From Lingula anatina (taxonomy: Eukaryota; Animalia; Brachiopoda): a stretch of 64,000 nt of DNA. Each line of letters starts with the position of its first letter. Position 1 is the first letter of the stretch. The notes beneath the pieces are model-generated. The model was not told the DNA's origin. It made no database searches and worked only from the letters and a program-made list of their open reading frames with translations. Shown here one piece after another: positions 39,734 through 64,000 of the stretch. Made by a program: the position numbers and the translations under genes. The DNA is taken from positions 4,464,001-4,528,000 of the forward strand of contig CM120646.1 in assembly GCA_051362555.1 (NCBI GenBank). Direction: 5' to 3'.

Positions 39734-41552
39734 AGACTTCCGGTTGGACCGCCGCCATGAGTGCACGCTTTTCTAGGTGGTGCTGAATTTTTGGCAAAAA
39801 TGCCCTAAAAATATGCCTAGGAAAGGGGGTAAAACAATTACTTTCCGATAATAGACAAACCATTTCAAACTACTTATTACGGTCGGGTAGTGTCATAGAG
39901 GGCGAAGTCGGAGAGACATAAAACGGCAGAGAACACGCGGTCGAAAAATACTTCGATGAACACGTCGAGCGAGATGGCTGAGAGGGAGAAAAGAGAGGAA
40001 GATACAGTTACAAACAGTGACTTGAAAAAGTGTCTCACTGACCTTATTAATGGGTTGGACAGCAAAATGTCCGAAAGAATGGATAATTATGAGAAAAGCA
40101 TTCAAAACATTATAGGTTCAGTCAGTTCATTGAAAAAAGATGTAGACAAAGCCGTCAGTGAGGTGAAATCTATGGAACACTCCCTTTCGTTTTACACACG
40201 TAACTTGATAAGGTTGAGGAGCTGGAGAAGATGACTGTTCATGTCGAGAAATACAATGAGTTAGTCGAGAGAAACAACCGGTTGGAGGAAAGGAACCAGT
40301 ATAACGAACACAGAAGTCGAAAATATAAGTTTCTGCTGTATGGAGTACAGAGGACAGAAGGAGAAAATGTCGAGGGCGTGGTGAAACATACACTTAAAGC
40401 CCCTATTTCACACAGACCACGAATCCCACGAATGGCCATGAATTGACAAATTTCACCATTCGTGGTTGAATCGTAATCAGTTCGTGAAGTTCTTAGCAGA
40501 TTCGTATATAATCGTAGTCAGTTATTGCAATTCTTGATCAATCGGGAATTCGTGGCAAAAATTTTGAGCTGTTCAAAGTTTTGGCCACGAACTCCCGATT
40601 CCAAAAAATCGTAGTGAATTTCCAACCGAATCCCACGAATATTCGTAACACTATCGCACCTGTATCGTAACTGAATCGTAGAGCGTGTCGAATTAGACCA
40701 AAAAATTGGCAAAATCTCACGATTCCAGCCGAATCCCACGAATATTCGTAACACTATCGTACCTGTATCGTAACTGAATCGTGAGCGTGTCGAATTAGAC
40801 CAGAAAATTGGCAAAATCTCACAAATCCTCACGAATCCTGAAATTTGTCAATTCCTGGCGATTCGTGGGATTCGTGGTCTGTGTGAAATAGGGGCCTAAG
40901 ACAGAGGTGAGCATGGAGCAGGGATTTGTCGATAATTTATTAATCGCAAATGTACATCGAATTCCTAAACATCCAGATTTAGAGTATAAGTCGGACTCTC
41001 CAGACGCGATTATAGTTAAACTTGTGAAGCTGCAGGACATAAATCGTAGACTCAGTGCAAGAAAGAACATTGCGAGAAGTAGTAGAATTGCAATTCGTAC
41101 CGAACTCCCGCAAATGCTTAAGAAGGAAAGAGCTGATTTGTCGTGAGTAGCATACACACTTAGGAGAGAAAAGCATTGGCAGTCTCAGATACGCGAGTCC
41201 TCGACTGCAGTATGTTTAATGGTGAAAAAGACGTAAAGACTGATGGGCCAAGTTTACCGATCTATAAGGAGAAATCGTAGGTTGCAGGGAAAAAATGCTA
41301 CAGTGTATCTGTAAAAAAAACTGAGAGAAAAGTGACATACTTGCGAGTGGTTATCATATATTTTTGCATAAATATATTATTCGTGTTTTTTGTTTGTTTG
41401 TTTGATTTGATTATTAATAAAGTTGGTGGATGTATTTTTGTACATATACTATGCAAGTAGCATATATATGGGGTAAACTATTTTAAAACTACTAGACAAC
41501 TGAAGTGAATCATTGTTGTACTATATGCAATAACATGTACCATATGAATATA

Positions 41553-41596
<44 letters not shown>

Positions 41597-44500
41597 AATG
41601 AGAACCTGTGAAGGATATTAATGAACTTGCTGGTACATAATATACTCTATGACTATGAATGACATACTCGGGTGTAAAAGGGGAAAAAATGTTGGCTATG
41701 ATCCACTTTTTCTTTTGCAAATATGGCGGCTATTAAGTGAGATAGTACTATTAATGCATTATATACATGTAATGGCTACGACTCCTATAAGTTGCGTGAT
41801 TTTTTTTTGGATTGATAAGACATAATAATACAGTACTAGCCAGCGGGTTTAGGTTATATCACATATACATGTTTCAAGTGGATTTGTAATTCATTTACTA
41901 GCTGGCTAACTGTTGGATTCATGCTATTTCAAATACAAATAAATGTACTCATGATCAATAGAAAACGTGAAATATTATTTAACAAACCTCTCTTTACTTT
42001 TGTCTTATTAGATTAATTGTCATTAGAATTTTTAGGACACCCTCCATTACCCTTCATTGATAATGGGGGAAAGGAAGGGAGTCTATGGGGCATTTATGGG
42101 ACATCCTGGAAGGAATTATCCTTTTTTGTGTGTTATTCATTGTGTGTGTATGGAAGTGAGAAAGATTTACATATTCATGTTTGTTTATCAAAATGGATAA
42201 TCTTAAAATAATGTCAATGAACTGTAGAGGCCTCCAAGATGTTAAAAAGAGGAAAGACGTGTTCAAATTCTTGAGAGAGAAACAATTCGATATTTATTGC
42301 CTCCAAGACACACATTTCTCAGAGAAAGATTATGCATATGTAAGAAGTCACAGGGGCTATGAATTTTTTATAAGTCCTGGTAGGACTGACTGGAGAGGTG
42401 TCGCAGTACTTTTAAACAACAATATAGAAAATAAAGTACATAATGTGCAAACTGATAATATCGGTAACTTTATTTTGTTAAGAATGAATACTGAAAAAAA
42501 ATTGAGGTTACTCTTGTAAATATTTACGAACCAAATAGTGACTCTCCAAATTTCTTCTCTAAGCTCGCATCAAATTTAGAAAATTAGTACACGGACTTTA
42601 ATATAATATGCGGAGATTGGAATATGTCTCAAGATGTTAACTTAGACACATTAAACTATTCAGATAATGTAAATAATCCTAGGGCCAGAGAAGCTATGCA
42701 TGATTTGAAAATTAAACATAACCTAGTTGATCCATGGAGAATAAAAAATCACAATACTACACGATATACATGGTTCAGGAGAAATCCTACCAAAAAAGCA
42801 AAAAAAATTATACTATTTTCTTATAACTAAAGAGATCATGAAATTGGTACAAAAGGCAGAGATAAATCCTGGATATAGAACAGATCATGCTTATATTTCA
42901 TTAGAGGTACAAATGAATGAACAGACAAAAGGAGCAGGCTTTTGGAAGTTTGATAACTCAGTCTTGAAAGATGTGGAATATGTTAAAAAAGGTAAAACAA
43001 GTATAATCTGGAGGCCTTTAACAGCAGTTCGGAGATGGAATTATGTTTTCTTGTGATGACGCTATGTTTTTAGAAATGTTATTAATGAACATTAGAAGTA
43101 TGACTATTTCCTACTGTTCCAAAAAGAAAAAAAAATCGTCAAGAATGAAAAAAAATCAAATAGAAAATCAAAATAAAAATCATACAAGAATTAACAGATT
43201 TAAATCATAGTGAAACGTTGAGTGATTTACAATTACAACTCGAAGATATATGAAAAAATGAATTGAAAGGGCTTTTATTACGTAGTAGATTAAAATGGAT
43301 TGAAGATGGAGAGAAGGCAACAAAATATTTCTGTAGTTTAGAAAAGAGAAATTATTTAAATGAAAACATACGTAAACTGATAAACACAGATGGGCAGGAA
43401 ATAAATGATCAGAAATTAATATTAGAAGAAATCGAAACTTTCTACAAAGATTTATATCGATCACGGGATGATAATCTAGACGATGTTAACTTGTGTGATA
43501 TGCTTCAAGATTTAAATATTCCAACATTAAGGGATAACCAAAGGCAAGCTTTAGATGAAGATATAACACTAGATGATATACATAAATCTTTTCGTAAAAT
43601 GAGTAAAGACAAGTCGCCAGGCCCTTATGGGTTTACAGCTGAATTTTTTAAATTCTTCTGGAATGACATTAGATTCTTTCTATACAGGTCCTATCTGCAT
43701 ACATGTAGCTTTGATATTGGTCATTTGCCAATATCACAAAAACAGGGGATAATATCTACACTACCCAAAGGGGATAAACCCAGGGAATACTTCAGGAACT
43801 GGCGACCAATTTCCCTGCTTAATATATCATATAAAATACTGGCGGGAGTCTTAGCAAATAAAATCAAAACAGTCTTAGATGATTTGATACATGAAAACCA
43901 AAAAGGATTTATTTCAGGAAGATACATTGGTGTGAGCACTAGGCTACTTTATGATGTTTTACAGGGATGGTTTTATTGGCTAATTTTCAAAAGGCATTTG
44001 ATTCTGTTTCATGGAAATTTCTCTTTAAAACACTAGACTTCTTTAATTTTGGGCCAAAATACAAAAAGTGGATAGAGCTGATTTTTAACAGATTTGAACT
44101 TTGTGTTATTCAAAATGGAATATTCAGTAAATTTTTAAAAATAGGAAGCGGCTGCCGCCAGGGAGACCCAATTTCATCATATTTGTTCTTGTTGTGTGCT
44201 GAAATCATGGGTATAATGATTCGGAATCAGGCTGATATAAAAGGTATTGATCTAGGAGATGAATCGTACAAAATTATGCAGTATGCTCATGACACGGTTA
44301 TATTATTGGATGGCAGTGAAAATTCGCTAAAGTCATGTTTAAATGTTATACAGCAGTACTCAAAGTCTTCTGGCCTTATGCCAAATATTGAGAAGACACA
44401 GTGTATTTGGATTGGAAGTAAAATAAACAATCCAGAAAAATTATGCCCAGAATATAATATATCTTGGACTTCAGAACCTTTCACTGTTCTTGGTGTTGTC

Positions 44501-46100
44501 TTTAGTCTAAACTTAAAAGATATGATTACTTTAAGTTATGAGAGCAAAATTGAAGAAATAAAGAAACTTATTTCATATTGGTCTAAGCGCATGCTTACAG
44601 TGATAGGGAGAATTACAGTAGTTAAAACAATATTAATCCCTAAACTTATTAATTATTTTTTAGGTTTGCCTAATCCATCAGATGAAAATATTAAATCCTT
44701 AGAAAAGCTATTTTTCAAATTCATTTGGAACAATAAAAATGACAGGGTATCAAGGAATACAATTGTGCAAGATTATTGTCATGGGGGACTGAAAATTTAT
44801 CTTATTTATCTAGCCACATTTATCTTTCTTACTAAAATTTATGAAAATTACATGGTTTAGAAGATTTTTGGAATGTGTTTCCTCTTGGAAAAAACTATTT
44901 CTAAAGTTAATGATGCCAAACTTTTGTGAAACTTTTTCAGTGTATGGAAACTTGAATCTAAAAGAATTTGCAAATAAAAAAAATAATAATTTTTGGAAAG
45001 ATGCTCCTATGGCATTGTATGAATTTAAAACAATTATCGATGATGATTTAAATGTATGGTTGAATTTCAGGATTAGAATTGAAAATAAACCTATTTTGTA
45101 TAAAACATGCATAAGGAAAACTATAATGGTCATTCAGGATCTGATACATGAAGATGGAAACTTTCTATCCTATGATGAATTCTGTATTAAATACAACTTC
45201 AGACCGGCCTTTACAGTTTTTATGGGTTTAAGAAACGCTATTTTAATAGCGAATGGAATATTAATTCGATCATAAACTCTTTGCAACAACTGCCTTCTCA
45301 ACCAATATTATATTATGCATGAATAAAATAACAAAGGAGCAAAAGAATTTTACAATGTTTTTATCGACAACTCAATTGAAATTGTCAAGTGAATATAAAT
45401 GGGAAAGAGATCTCAATTTTACGGCAGATTACGAACTATGGAAAATATTATTCATCTATTTCCATTGTCACAATTGATGTAAAGCTAAGATGGTTTCATT
45501 ATAGACTTATTCATCGGATATTGAGTACAAATTGCTATCTAAAAAAATTAGGTTTCTAAATGATGACAAATGTGACTTTTGTAATGTAGAGATAGAGTCT
45601 TTGCTCCATCTTTTTGTAGCATGTTATTATGTCAATACCTTCTGGACATCTTTTTGTCGATGGATAAGTGAATTGCATCAATTCAATATAGCTCTTAGTC
45701 CAGTAGATATTATTTTTGGAAAAATTTGGAAGAAGTATAAACTGCTAAATCTGTTTATTGCATTAGCAATATTACATATTTATAAACAAAAAATGAGGAA
45801 GAATCTGCCATGCCTGGATAGTTTGAAATTTGAAATACAATATTATTGCAAAGTAGAAAAACAAATTTCTCAGTATAATAACTGTCTTCAGAAATTTGAA
45901 AAAAAGGGGGCTCTATTTGAATCATATAACTCTGGAAATATAATTAATATATTGAAAACTTGTTACTATATGAATGAATGAATGAGTGAATGAAAGGTGT
46001 CTTATGTCTTGTCCATGTCAATATGTGTCTATATATAAATCCACTTTATGGAGGTGCTGTGATGGGGTCTTTGCTGAGTTAAATTCTGAAAGAAAAGTAT
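39734..46100 (+). mobile_element. Near full-length decayed L1/Tx1-clade LINE (ORF1 ~39956-41235; ORF2 ~42193-45930)
   Basis: Coiled-coil ORF1; APE (NCRGL, CLQDTH, TDH); RT (NWRPISLLN, GCRQGDPIS, YAHD in place of YADD); C-terminal CxxC..HLF..C. Many stops and frameshifts. Absent downstream of B2. Confidence 0.92.
40398..40896. mobile_element. PIF/Harbinger-type MITE inserted in LINE ORF1
   Basis: TIR gcccctatttcacacagaccacgaatcccacgaat at both ends with a TAA duplication; its removal rejoins ORF1 (..KHTL-KTEVSMEQG..). Confidence 0.85.
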
Positions 46101-47066
46101 ACATAATTCATATTAGTTTTAATCATCATTCTTCCCTCCTGCACACTCACTCTGAACAAATCTGTATTGTATGTCTTTCTATAGATATTTATATTGATTT
46201 CAAAAATACTAGACTTCATAAACCTGATATTCCTGTTCTTAAAATACTTGAGGCACAATATTAGAATACATATATTTTGATGCTAATGTCCAAATTTCAT
46301 ATTAAGTCACTATATATACATGATAAAAGGTGATCTTCATGATACACGACTGCATAGATTTCAGTTTCTTGCATATGAACGCATAGTTTTAGATAATGGT
46401 AAATGATATAAATTGATATGATATATCATAAATGGATGATAATATAGTACCGTCTAAGACATAGAAATTTGCATATTGTCTCTTTAATATTTCAGAATTA
46501 AAAAAAATTGTAAGAAAAAAAGCAGTAATATCAGTAACTTTTTCTGCTTCTTATTTATAGATTTACTGCTCATTTTTTTTCATTTTAATATTATTAAATT
46601 GTAAGCATGAGGGGATGGCTCCGACCCCAAAATGGCATTCCTCTGAAAAATGGGCAAAAACAATATTTTTTTTTTGTTTTTTGAAACAATACTGCCCTTG
46701 ACTTATTAGAAATTGGAGGGAAGAAAAACAATGGTTGTTTTTATATTGTATGCGGCATTTGTGCCTGTTTGTTAACCAAGATACACATTTCATATTTTTT
46801 GTTTACAACCACACCCACTGGATTACATGTAAATTATAGTTGAATATCGTTTGGAAGCCATATCGCTGACTTAAGTGATCTTAATTAAAATGGACAGAAT
46901 ATAGTTCTCACTCAAAGAGTTGCCTTTTTACACAGAAGAATTGGGGCTTTATTTTATATGCGAGTGTTTGTTTGGATTAAGTTAATATTGTATCTTATTC
47001 TTTTTGCAAAATATTGTGAGTATAACATTTGTCTTATCACACTATGTTCAACTGATTAGTTAACAC

Positions 47067-47323
47067 TAGGGGCGGATCCAGGAATATTTGAAGGGGGGGG
47101 GGGTCCGGAAAGACAGGCCTCGGATGCGAAGCAGACCATCTCCCCCTTGGTGTGGGGTTTGGGGCCTGCTCAATGGCCCAAAACATTTTTGGAGAGTGTT
47201 TTATAGAGGAAACGGTGCCCTTTGTTACGGTCAAAAACTATAATTTAGCTAGTCAAAATTCTAATTTCAAGAGAGGAATATTGGTGTGATATGTTCTGAC
47301 CCCCCCCTCTAAATCCGCCACTG
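47067..47323. mobile_element. Small hAT-like MITE (taggggcggat / atccgccactg)
   Basis: Imperfect TIRs and a degenerate 8-bp flanking duplication gttaacac/atttacac. Confidence 0.6.
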
Positions 47324-48677
47324 ATTTACACCCAAGATGCGGTTGCACTTATACACTTCCATATATTTTCTTTATTAGATACGTCATTATATAGTGCGCT
47401 TAAACAATGACGCATTGAAAATGACATTGATGAACAATAGTGAGAGAGGGCTTACTTAAAAAAACAATATAGATGCGTAGTCTACTTTACTTTATCACTT
47501 TTTAAAAAAATCAAGGCACATTGAATATGAAGATGGGAATTCTTATAGTAAATTTTCGGGCGACTGTAGTTCGATATTTTCTAACAGAAGAAAACATCTA
47601 TTAATGCTGCGAGTGTAACCATTAAGATACATAGATGTTACAAAAAACATTTGAATTCAAAACAGACATCATATTCTTTCCCAATAATCCCTTAACATTA
47701 ATTTAGGTTTTCTAAAATACATTATAAGATAAGGTGAATTTTATCTATTTTCCTGAATGATTCTAAAGAGTTGTCGAACTTGTTCAACTCAGGTGAGTAA
47801 AGACATGATTAATTTCTTGCTACTGTATAAACTAGTCAAGTTCGTAGAAATCCTACCTAAAAAGTGTAAGTGTGGTAAAATGAAGATACGTTCAGTTGCT
47901 CTTGACTTAAAAAACATATTTAAAACATTATTATAGTACATATCGATAACTGATATAATTTGATATTTAAAAATTTAGCTAGCCTTGAAAAACTGAACAA
48001 GAAGCAAATATTCACCATATTTCATTGACCATTATTTACAACAAGGGGTCATCAGGTACATTATTAATAGACTGAATCTGTCTTTAAGGAATAATATTCT
48101 GACATGGTTTAATATCTCAGGCTATCGCTGCGTTTGGCATACAAGCCCTGTGGTCCCAAGTGACCTAAGGGGATTACGTGACCTCTTTGTGCTAGATACA
48201 GCGTGGAGTACCTGTTATCAACGCGTTCCTAGGTTAGTTGCTTTGGTTTATATCTTGTTAAAGTCGGTAAATACAACAATATTAAAATATACAGATAGAC
48301 ATATGCTAGCAGTGTGTAACCTCAGCTTGCGAACTCCTTGCGAGGGAAGCTTGCAGTCTTGCTGCTTGCAGATTATTCGTCGAATCTTTTGAACATGTCC
48401 AATATCCTTGTACGTACTTTCGGGCTGTCTGGAAGCAAACAGCCCGTAAGAGCCTGTACGGCCGGTTGTGACAGAGGCTTAAAGAACATACGACCACGCA
48501 AAATTTGTTAGGAAACATCCCGCACCATCTCCAAAAACGAATGCGACAGCAACCGGTATAAACAACAAGTGCCACATCCTTACGAAAGTGGAATATGTCC
48601 AACTTAAAGAAAGAAAGAGAAACAAAAAACTCGAGCTCGGAATGTCCAGTTAAAACTAGAAATGATATATTGCTTCT

Positions 48678-51600
48678 CTAGGAGGCCATCACAGCTGCGT
48701 GCTCTACTCTGTCGTCGCTGGGGTTTACGGTTAACGTTTTTGACTTAGCTGATCCTGTTCCTTTAGAGCTGGACGACTTGGGGTTATCATGTAGTGTCAA
48801 ATCGACATAGTGGATGTTCTCTACGTTCTTGTCAAGGGGCTGGATTGACCAAATTGATATAAAATCTTAAGAGAACAATCGAATGTAAATAGTATATAGC
48901 AGTTTCAGCTAAGGACACTATTATTAAAAAATCTTTACTTATGTACCAGGTCTGTCTTCTTTAGAAATATGGTTAATTATAATAATTTGTTAAATATATT
49001 TATGCCTTTTGTTACTGCATGTGCTCAATTATTTTTATCAAGTATCAATAAGAGCCATACTACTTACGTTGGTCTTCCTCCTGTCATCTGTATTCTCTGC
49101 GTTCTTTTCAAAGGACTGAAAATAAACCAATAAAGGCGTTTCACTTTTAAGTAGTATAAAGCAGTTCTATAACAGGTATTTTTATCAAAAAACACAACGC
49201 AGATCTATGCTTTACGTCTGTATTACTTAAAATGTTACCGAATATCTTTAAAATACATGTATGCGTATTGCTACTCCAATTATATTTTCATGAAAGTATC
49301 GGTAAGAGCTCTTCCTCCTGTCAACAATATTCTCTGCGTTCTTGTCGAGATCTAAGCTGAAAAATCACCTAATTTTAAATTGATAAAGAATAGTAAATGT
49401 GTACATATAAATTATTTACCAGATATACAGGAAAACTACTACATGCATGGCCTTTCAAGTAATGATAATGTTTTAGATACTGAATAACGCTAAACATTAG
49501 CACTTGTATATAATTTATCGATTTCTATGCCTACCTACAAGTACCGCTCCAACAAAACGAGCTTGTTCACAAGAGGCCTTTGAGTTTATTAACATTGTAT
49601 TAAGAAAATAAACAGTCTAACTCACATTGCTCCTTTTGTACGTGGCTTTCTTCTGGTCGATATCTGTTCAATAAGATATGAAAAAAATCAATGAGTGCCA
49701 CAAAATTTTTCATTCAAACCTTTTTGTACGTATGATTGAACAAAAAGTTAAGCTACAATTTTGGTGGACACTTTAATCCGCCACGTAAACTGTTTAGTGC
49801 AAAGAATAAGTTACTAACCTGATGTGGAATTCCCTTTGCTATTCTTTTTCACACAAGTGACCGCGACGATGATGATGGTAATCAACAGCACCCCTCCCCC
49901 GCATCCGGCGTGAGCTACTTGTTATACTAGCTGTAAAGAAAAATAATATTCGTCAAGCAGCTGAGAGTATCAAACTGGAAAGGTTGATCATTAAGTAATT
50001 ACAACCCACAATGTAAAAAATCTGTCGCTTTGATCGTTTTTTGTGGTCATCTCAGAGACCATTCCCACAGATATTTATATCGATCTATCCCCCTGGGGAG
50101 TCTCACTAAATTGCTGTCAGCTTAACCGGCTTTAATATCTGTCCTGCCTACTAAAAGCTATAAGGGGGTTATTAACTCTCGTGCGCACTCGGCTCCCAGA
50201 AGCTCTTTCACATCGTTTTCAGTGTGTTCATTGCGCAGGTGCGTCAAGATATTTTCCACACGCTGCACAGGATTCAAACGCTTTCCGAAAATTCCACGAT
50301 AAATACTGGCTTTCAGAACGGCGTACATGTAGCAAGTGTTTTGAGAGGGCCTCTGACGACCCGATATGCCCGACAGGCCATATATGTCCTACGACCAGAG
50401 TAGGCCCGATATGTCCGACAAAAAAGAGCCAGATGTGTCCAAGAGACCAGATATGTCCGACAAAAAAGAGCCAGATGTGTCCGACAGGCCAGATATGTCG
50501 GACACAACTGAAAAGAGACTGAATTTATTGTCGCTAACTTAGGGAAAATATCTTAAGCTGGGACTTTTTTCATCACTTTTATTTTCAAATGCCATTTTCT
50601 CTGAAAACGATACATATAAAAATACATTTCTTTGAATAAGATGGTAGTTCTTTAAGCTTTGCTTGCAAAATGTTTGTGTGATATAATGATTAAAGCACGC
50701 CATTTAAGAATTTCATATATATCATATGAGCAAACCTCGGACACTTTGTGAACAGCATATATGCAGAATATAATCACAGGAAGATTCTTTAATATGCTCA
50801 TTTTCGTATCTGTCAGAAGACTGATGTCTGTTGATTTAGTATTCTTGTGCAATTAAAAAAAATAGTCACAGTAATAGAATCAATCTCTAGAAAACAATGA
50901 TTAAACAAATCAGATTTTTTATGTCGTATATTCGTATGAAGACGATGCATTCTACAACATACATTGTTTATAGATTGAAATTGTCGATGCAAACATTTCA
51001 TAGAAATGTTTTGACGTATTTTGGTGAATTTTGGTATGCCTTTTTCTTTAACACACACACACACACGCGCGCACGCACGACTTGTGGGGATCCACCCTAA
51101 GACTATCCCGGGACCCCACATTACATTGAATGGCCCTTAATAATGTAGCCCTAGGGGTTTGTGCTCAATGGGCGCACATCTTTGGAAAACGCTATCTGTA
51201 ATACTGCTACAGAGATTCCCAGGTTCCATGTCTTATATTCTGCACACGGAAAAGAATTAATCGACTCCATGTTGTAATTTCAACATAATTTATTTTGCTA
51301 AACTAAAAGTTACATGGTACAAGCATGACCTCTCTCCACTTCTCTCTTTCCATCTCCCCTCTTATTCTCTTCCTGCACCTATTCTTCTTTCCCTTTAGAT
51401 TTAAGTTCACAGGTTTTTATGCTAAACTTTATCAATTAAATTGTCAATCACAGAACTTAAAAACTGATTGGTTACTTCAGACACAAGTCCACCCCCTCAT
51501 GGTGGGCACTCCCAATAACTCCATGTAATCAAGCTCTAACAGATAAGTGGCTTCGAATCAAAGGACATTAAAATTTGAACTGCACCACAGCAAATATGGC

Positions 51601-51951
51601 AGCGATGAAAACAGTGGAGGTAGTTGTGGTGACCTGTTCACTCTAACATTCTGGCTTATCACTGAAATGACCAAATATATCAGCGATGTTTTTAAGTCAA
51701 GTAGTGTTTCTTAAGTCACTTCACTTAATCGTTGAAGTAGTCAGTCATTTAATGGGGGAGTAACAAATAAATATTCCGTACTGGCAAGTGACGAGACTGT
51801 TATTGGTGATGTCTAAATGATGAATAAAAGATCTAAATAATGGTATAAATGACTTTACAAATAACAATTTAAAAGCGTTAAATAAACTAATTAACTTAAC
51901 CTCAGAGGTAAAATAAAAATATAAAGATACGAGCATTAACATCTACCCCAT
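48678..51951 (-). pseudogene. Gene A2: pseudogene of the Ig-ITIM receptor
   Basis: Codon 3 is TGG>TAG and the exon-1 donor is altered (g|ttaagt). The Ig exon is truncated after ~90 bp (51662-~51575). The stalk exon was not found, the TM exon has a frameshifting deletion (~49820-49930), and the distal ITIM has Tyr>His (VEHAAV). Confidence 0.88.
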
Positions 51952-52115
51952 CTTCAATAACTGCCCATGTCAACGTCAGAGGTTCATCTGCGAGGCTACC
52001 CTACATGTCAAAGTCCGCAAGCTTTTACATATCAAAGCGGAAGAGACTTTAAGCCTACGTGTACGATATGATTAAATTTTAATAGCCAGAAAACTTTCAC
52101 GCAATATCACCTGCG
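51952..52115. promoter_or_regulatory. Putative bidirectional promoter of unit 2
   Basis: 164 bp between the divergent ATGs, highly similar to 24613-24776. Confidence 0.55.
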
Positions 52116-61867
<9,752 letters not shown>

Positions 61868-62677
61868 AGTAGATTTAGTTGCTGTTTTTTCATATGAACC
61901 TGTATGTAGATTAAATATGCAGAGTTTGATAATTGTCCTTTTGTATTAAGTTATGTTTACTAAATGAAACCCCACTGTCGCTGCACATTGATCAGATGCT
62001 ACATGTAAAAGGCTTCGTGAATCTAATGCAGAATTGTTCAGGCGTAAATTTCTTCAAAATCACAAACAACTGTACACAGAATATGCGGATACAAATTAAA
62101 ATGCTCGTTCTTTGACGCTGACTTATTAGAAATTGTGTGGAGAGAAGAACAATGTCTGGTTTCACATTGTGTTCACTATTTATATATCAACCAAATGATA
62201 CGTTTCATATCTGTTTATAACCACACTCTCAAGAATATATATAACAATTAATTTACATAGTTTAAAATTTGGAAGCCATATCAGTGACTTCAGTGATCTG
62301 AATAAAATGGCCAGGATACAATTCTCACTCAAATATTTACTTTGAACACAGAAGAATTAGGAATTTGTTTTATATACGATTGCTATTTCTAAGCTAGATT
62401 GGTAGGATGCAATTGTTGATTATTTAGTTCAGGCAAGTATGCTTAAACTAGGTCCATGATATAAGTATTTATTATATGTATAATTCTGATTCATTTCTTG
62501 CTATCAACCGGCCATTTTCGTAAAAATCCCAGTAAATAGTATCATTATTAGTGTGGTAAAATAAGCATACGTTGCATGGCTTTTGACGTACAAAAACATA
62601 ATTTTGAGTAAGCATTGTACATATCTATTAATGAAATTATTTGGAAAATAAAAAAAAATCAAAACAACATTCTTTGA

Positions 62678-62718
<41 letters not shown>

Positions 62719-63726
62719 AGCACGTATCGATTTGAGAAATGTAAATATAAATGAAATATAAAACGATTATCTATATACAATAGGCCCTTAAGCACTTTCC
62801 AAATCAACTTTACTAAACTAAAAAAGATAATTGTCTTGTTCATAATTTAGCTACCAGTGAAAAATCTATACAGAGTAAATATTCATCTTATCATATTGGA
62901 CCTTAATTTTCAGCAAGGGGTCATTAGGTACATCTTTGATCGGACTAGTCTGTATTACTATATAAGGAGTAAAATTCCAATATAATTCAACATCTCAACC
63001 AAACTACGTGTTTGTCATACAATCCCTGTTACCCCAAGTGACCTAGCTTAGATGATCTTGTGACCTTAATGTGATAGATAAAGTACGGAGCACCTGTTAT
63101 CTACGCGTTGCTAGGTTGGTTGCCATGGTTCACATCTTGTTGAAGTCGGTGAATACAGCAATATTTAATATATGCAGATAAACATATGCTAGCAGTGCGT
63201 TACCTCAGCTTGGGTCTAATGTTAAGCGTCAGTTTTAATTTATCTGTAATCACAGATGATTCCCAGTATGTATTGCTACATTAGTATATCAGCAGACGGG
63301 TACTGAAATCTGGAAAATTTGAGTTTTCCAACATCTTGTCTACTGTTTTCATTATAATGCTAAATAATAATTGTGAAAACAAAAATAAATAACAAAATGA
63401 AAAATACAGGGAATTGATGAAAATTGTGTAAAACCGGCGGTGAATTCTAATAAGAAGTATTGAGTTTTTTTGTTTATTTTAGTATTGAGTGTTTTTACTT
63501 AGTTTATATGCAATCCCTCTGTCTAAAGAACATCAGGAATGTAATCATTTTTATCTACATTGCCTACTTTTGTGTCTATGCAAAATGTATTAGGTCACCA
63601 TCTCCAAAAGTGAATATGATAGGAACCAGTGTAAACAACAAGTAACATTTTTTTACATAGGTGAAATATGACCAACATAAAAAACTCGTAATATCTCGTA
63701 AAAAGTAGAAATCATATATCGCTTTT

Positions 63727-63888
63727 CTAGGAAGCCATCACAGCTGCGTACTCTACTCGTTCGTCGCTCGGGTTTACGGTTAATGTTTTTGACTTAGCTG
63801 ATCCTGTTCCCGTCGAGCTGACCGACTTGGGGTTATCATGTAGTGCCAAATCAGCATAGTGGAGGTTCTCTACATTCTTGTCGAGGGG
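63727..63888 (-). CDS. Gene A3: terminal exon of a third Ig-ITIM receptor copy (rest of the gene lies beyond the window)
   Basis: Intact acceptor and ORF PLDKNVENLHYADLALHDNPK...ERVEYAAVMAS*; both ITIMs are preserved. Confidence 0.8.
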   Translation of the reverse strand, partial: PLDKNVENLHYADLALHDNPKSVSSTGTGSAKSKTLTVNPSDERVEYAAVMAS

Positions 63889-64000
63889 CTGGAATGACCA
63901 AATTCTTATATAGTCTCTAGAGCACCAAGAGTTGTTAAATGTGAAAAAAATAAAAGTAGTCTCAGCAAAGGGTTCTTCTATATAAATAATAATAATAAAA

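Noticed and set aside
42181-45981. Active reverse transcriptase / novel RT system
   Set aside because: Ordinary decayed L1/Tx1 ORF2 with multiple frameshifts and stops, and YADD mutated to YAHD.
50181-50522. 113-aa ORF with ICPT/MCP repeats
   Set aside because: Lies in an insertion within pseudogene A2; the repeats reflect short DNA repeats, and there is no ATG or splice support.

Overview
This is AT-rich, intron-containing animal (invertebrate-like) genomic DNA, not prokaryotic. 1-13 kb is low-complexity or minisatellite sequence plus a decayed hAT transposase. From about 16.7 kb the window holds a tandem array of a head-to-head two-gene cassette. Gene A (minus strand) is signal peptide, V-type Ig domain, S/T stalk, TM and a cytoplasmic tail with two ITIMs (IHYADL, VEYAAV). 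Gene B (plus strand) is signal peptide, Ig domain(s), TM and a tyrosine kinase of Ret/FGFR/Cad96Ca type. Their start codons are 165 bp apart in both complete units. Their Ig domains are about 91% identical while everything else is unrelated, which suggests a paired inhibitory/activating receptor system with a kinase as the activating partner. In unit 1, A is intact and B is a pseudogene; in unit 2, A is a pseudogene and B is intact; a third A copy begins at the right edge. Many transposons are present (Tc1, L1/Tx1, APE-LINE, Harbinger, Kolobok-like, CACTG-ended, Helentron-like, MITEs), several confirmed by empty sites in the paralogous unit. All exon models were read by eye from GT/AG sites and frame continuity, with no transcript evidence.
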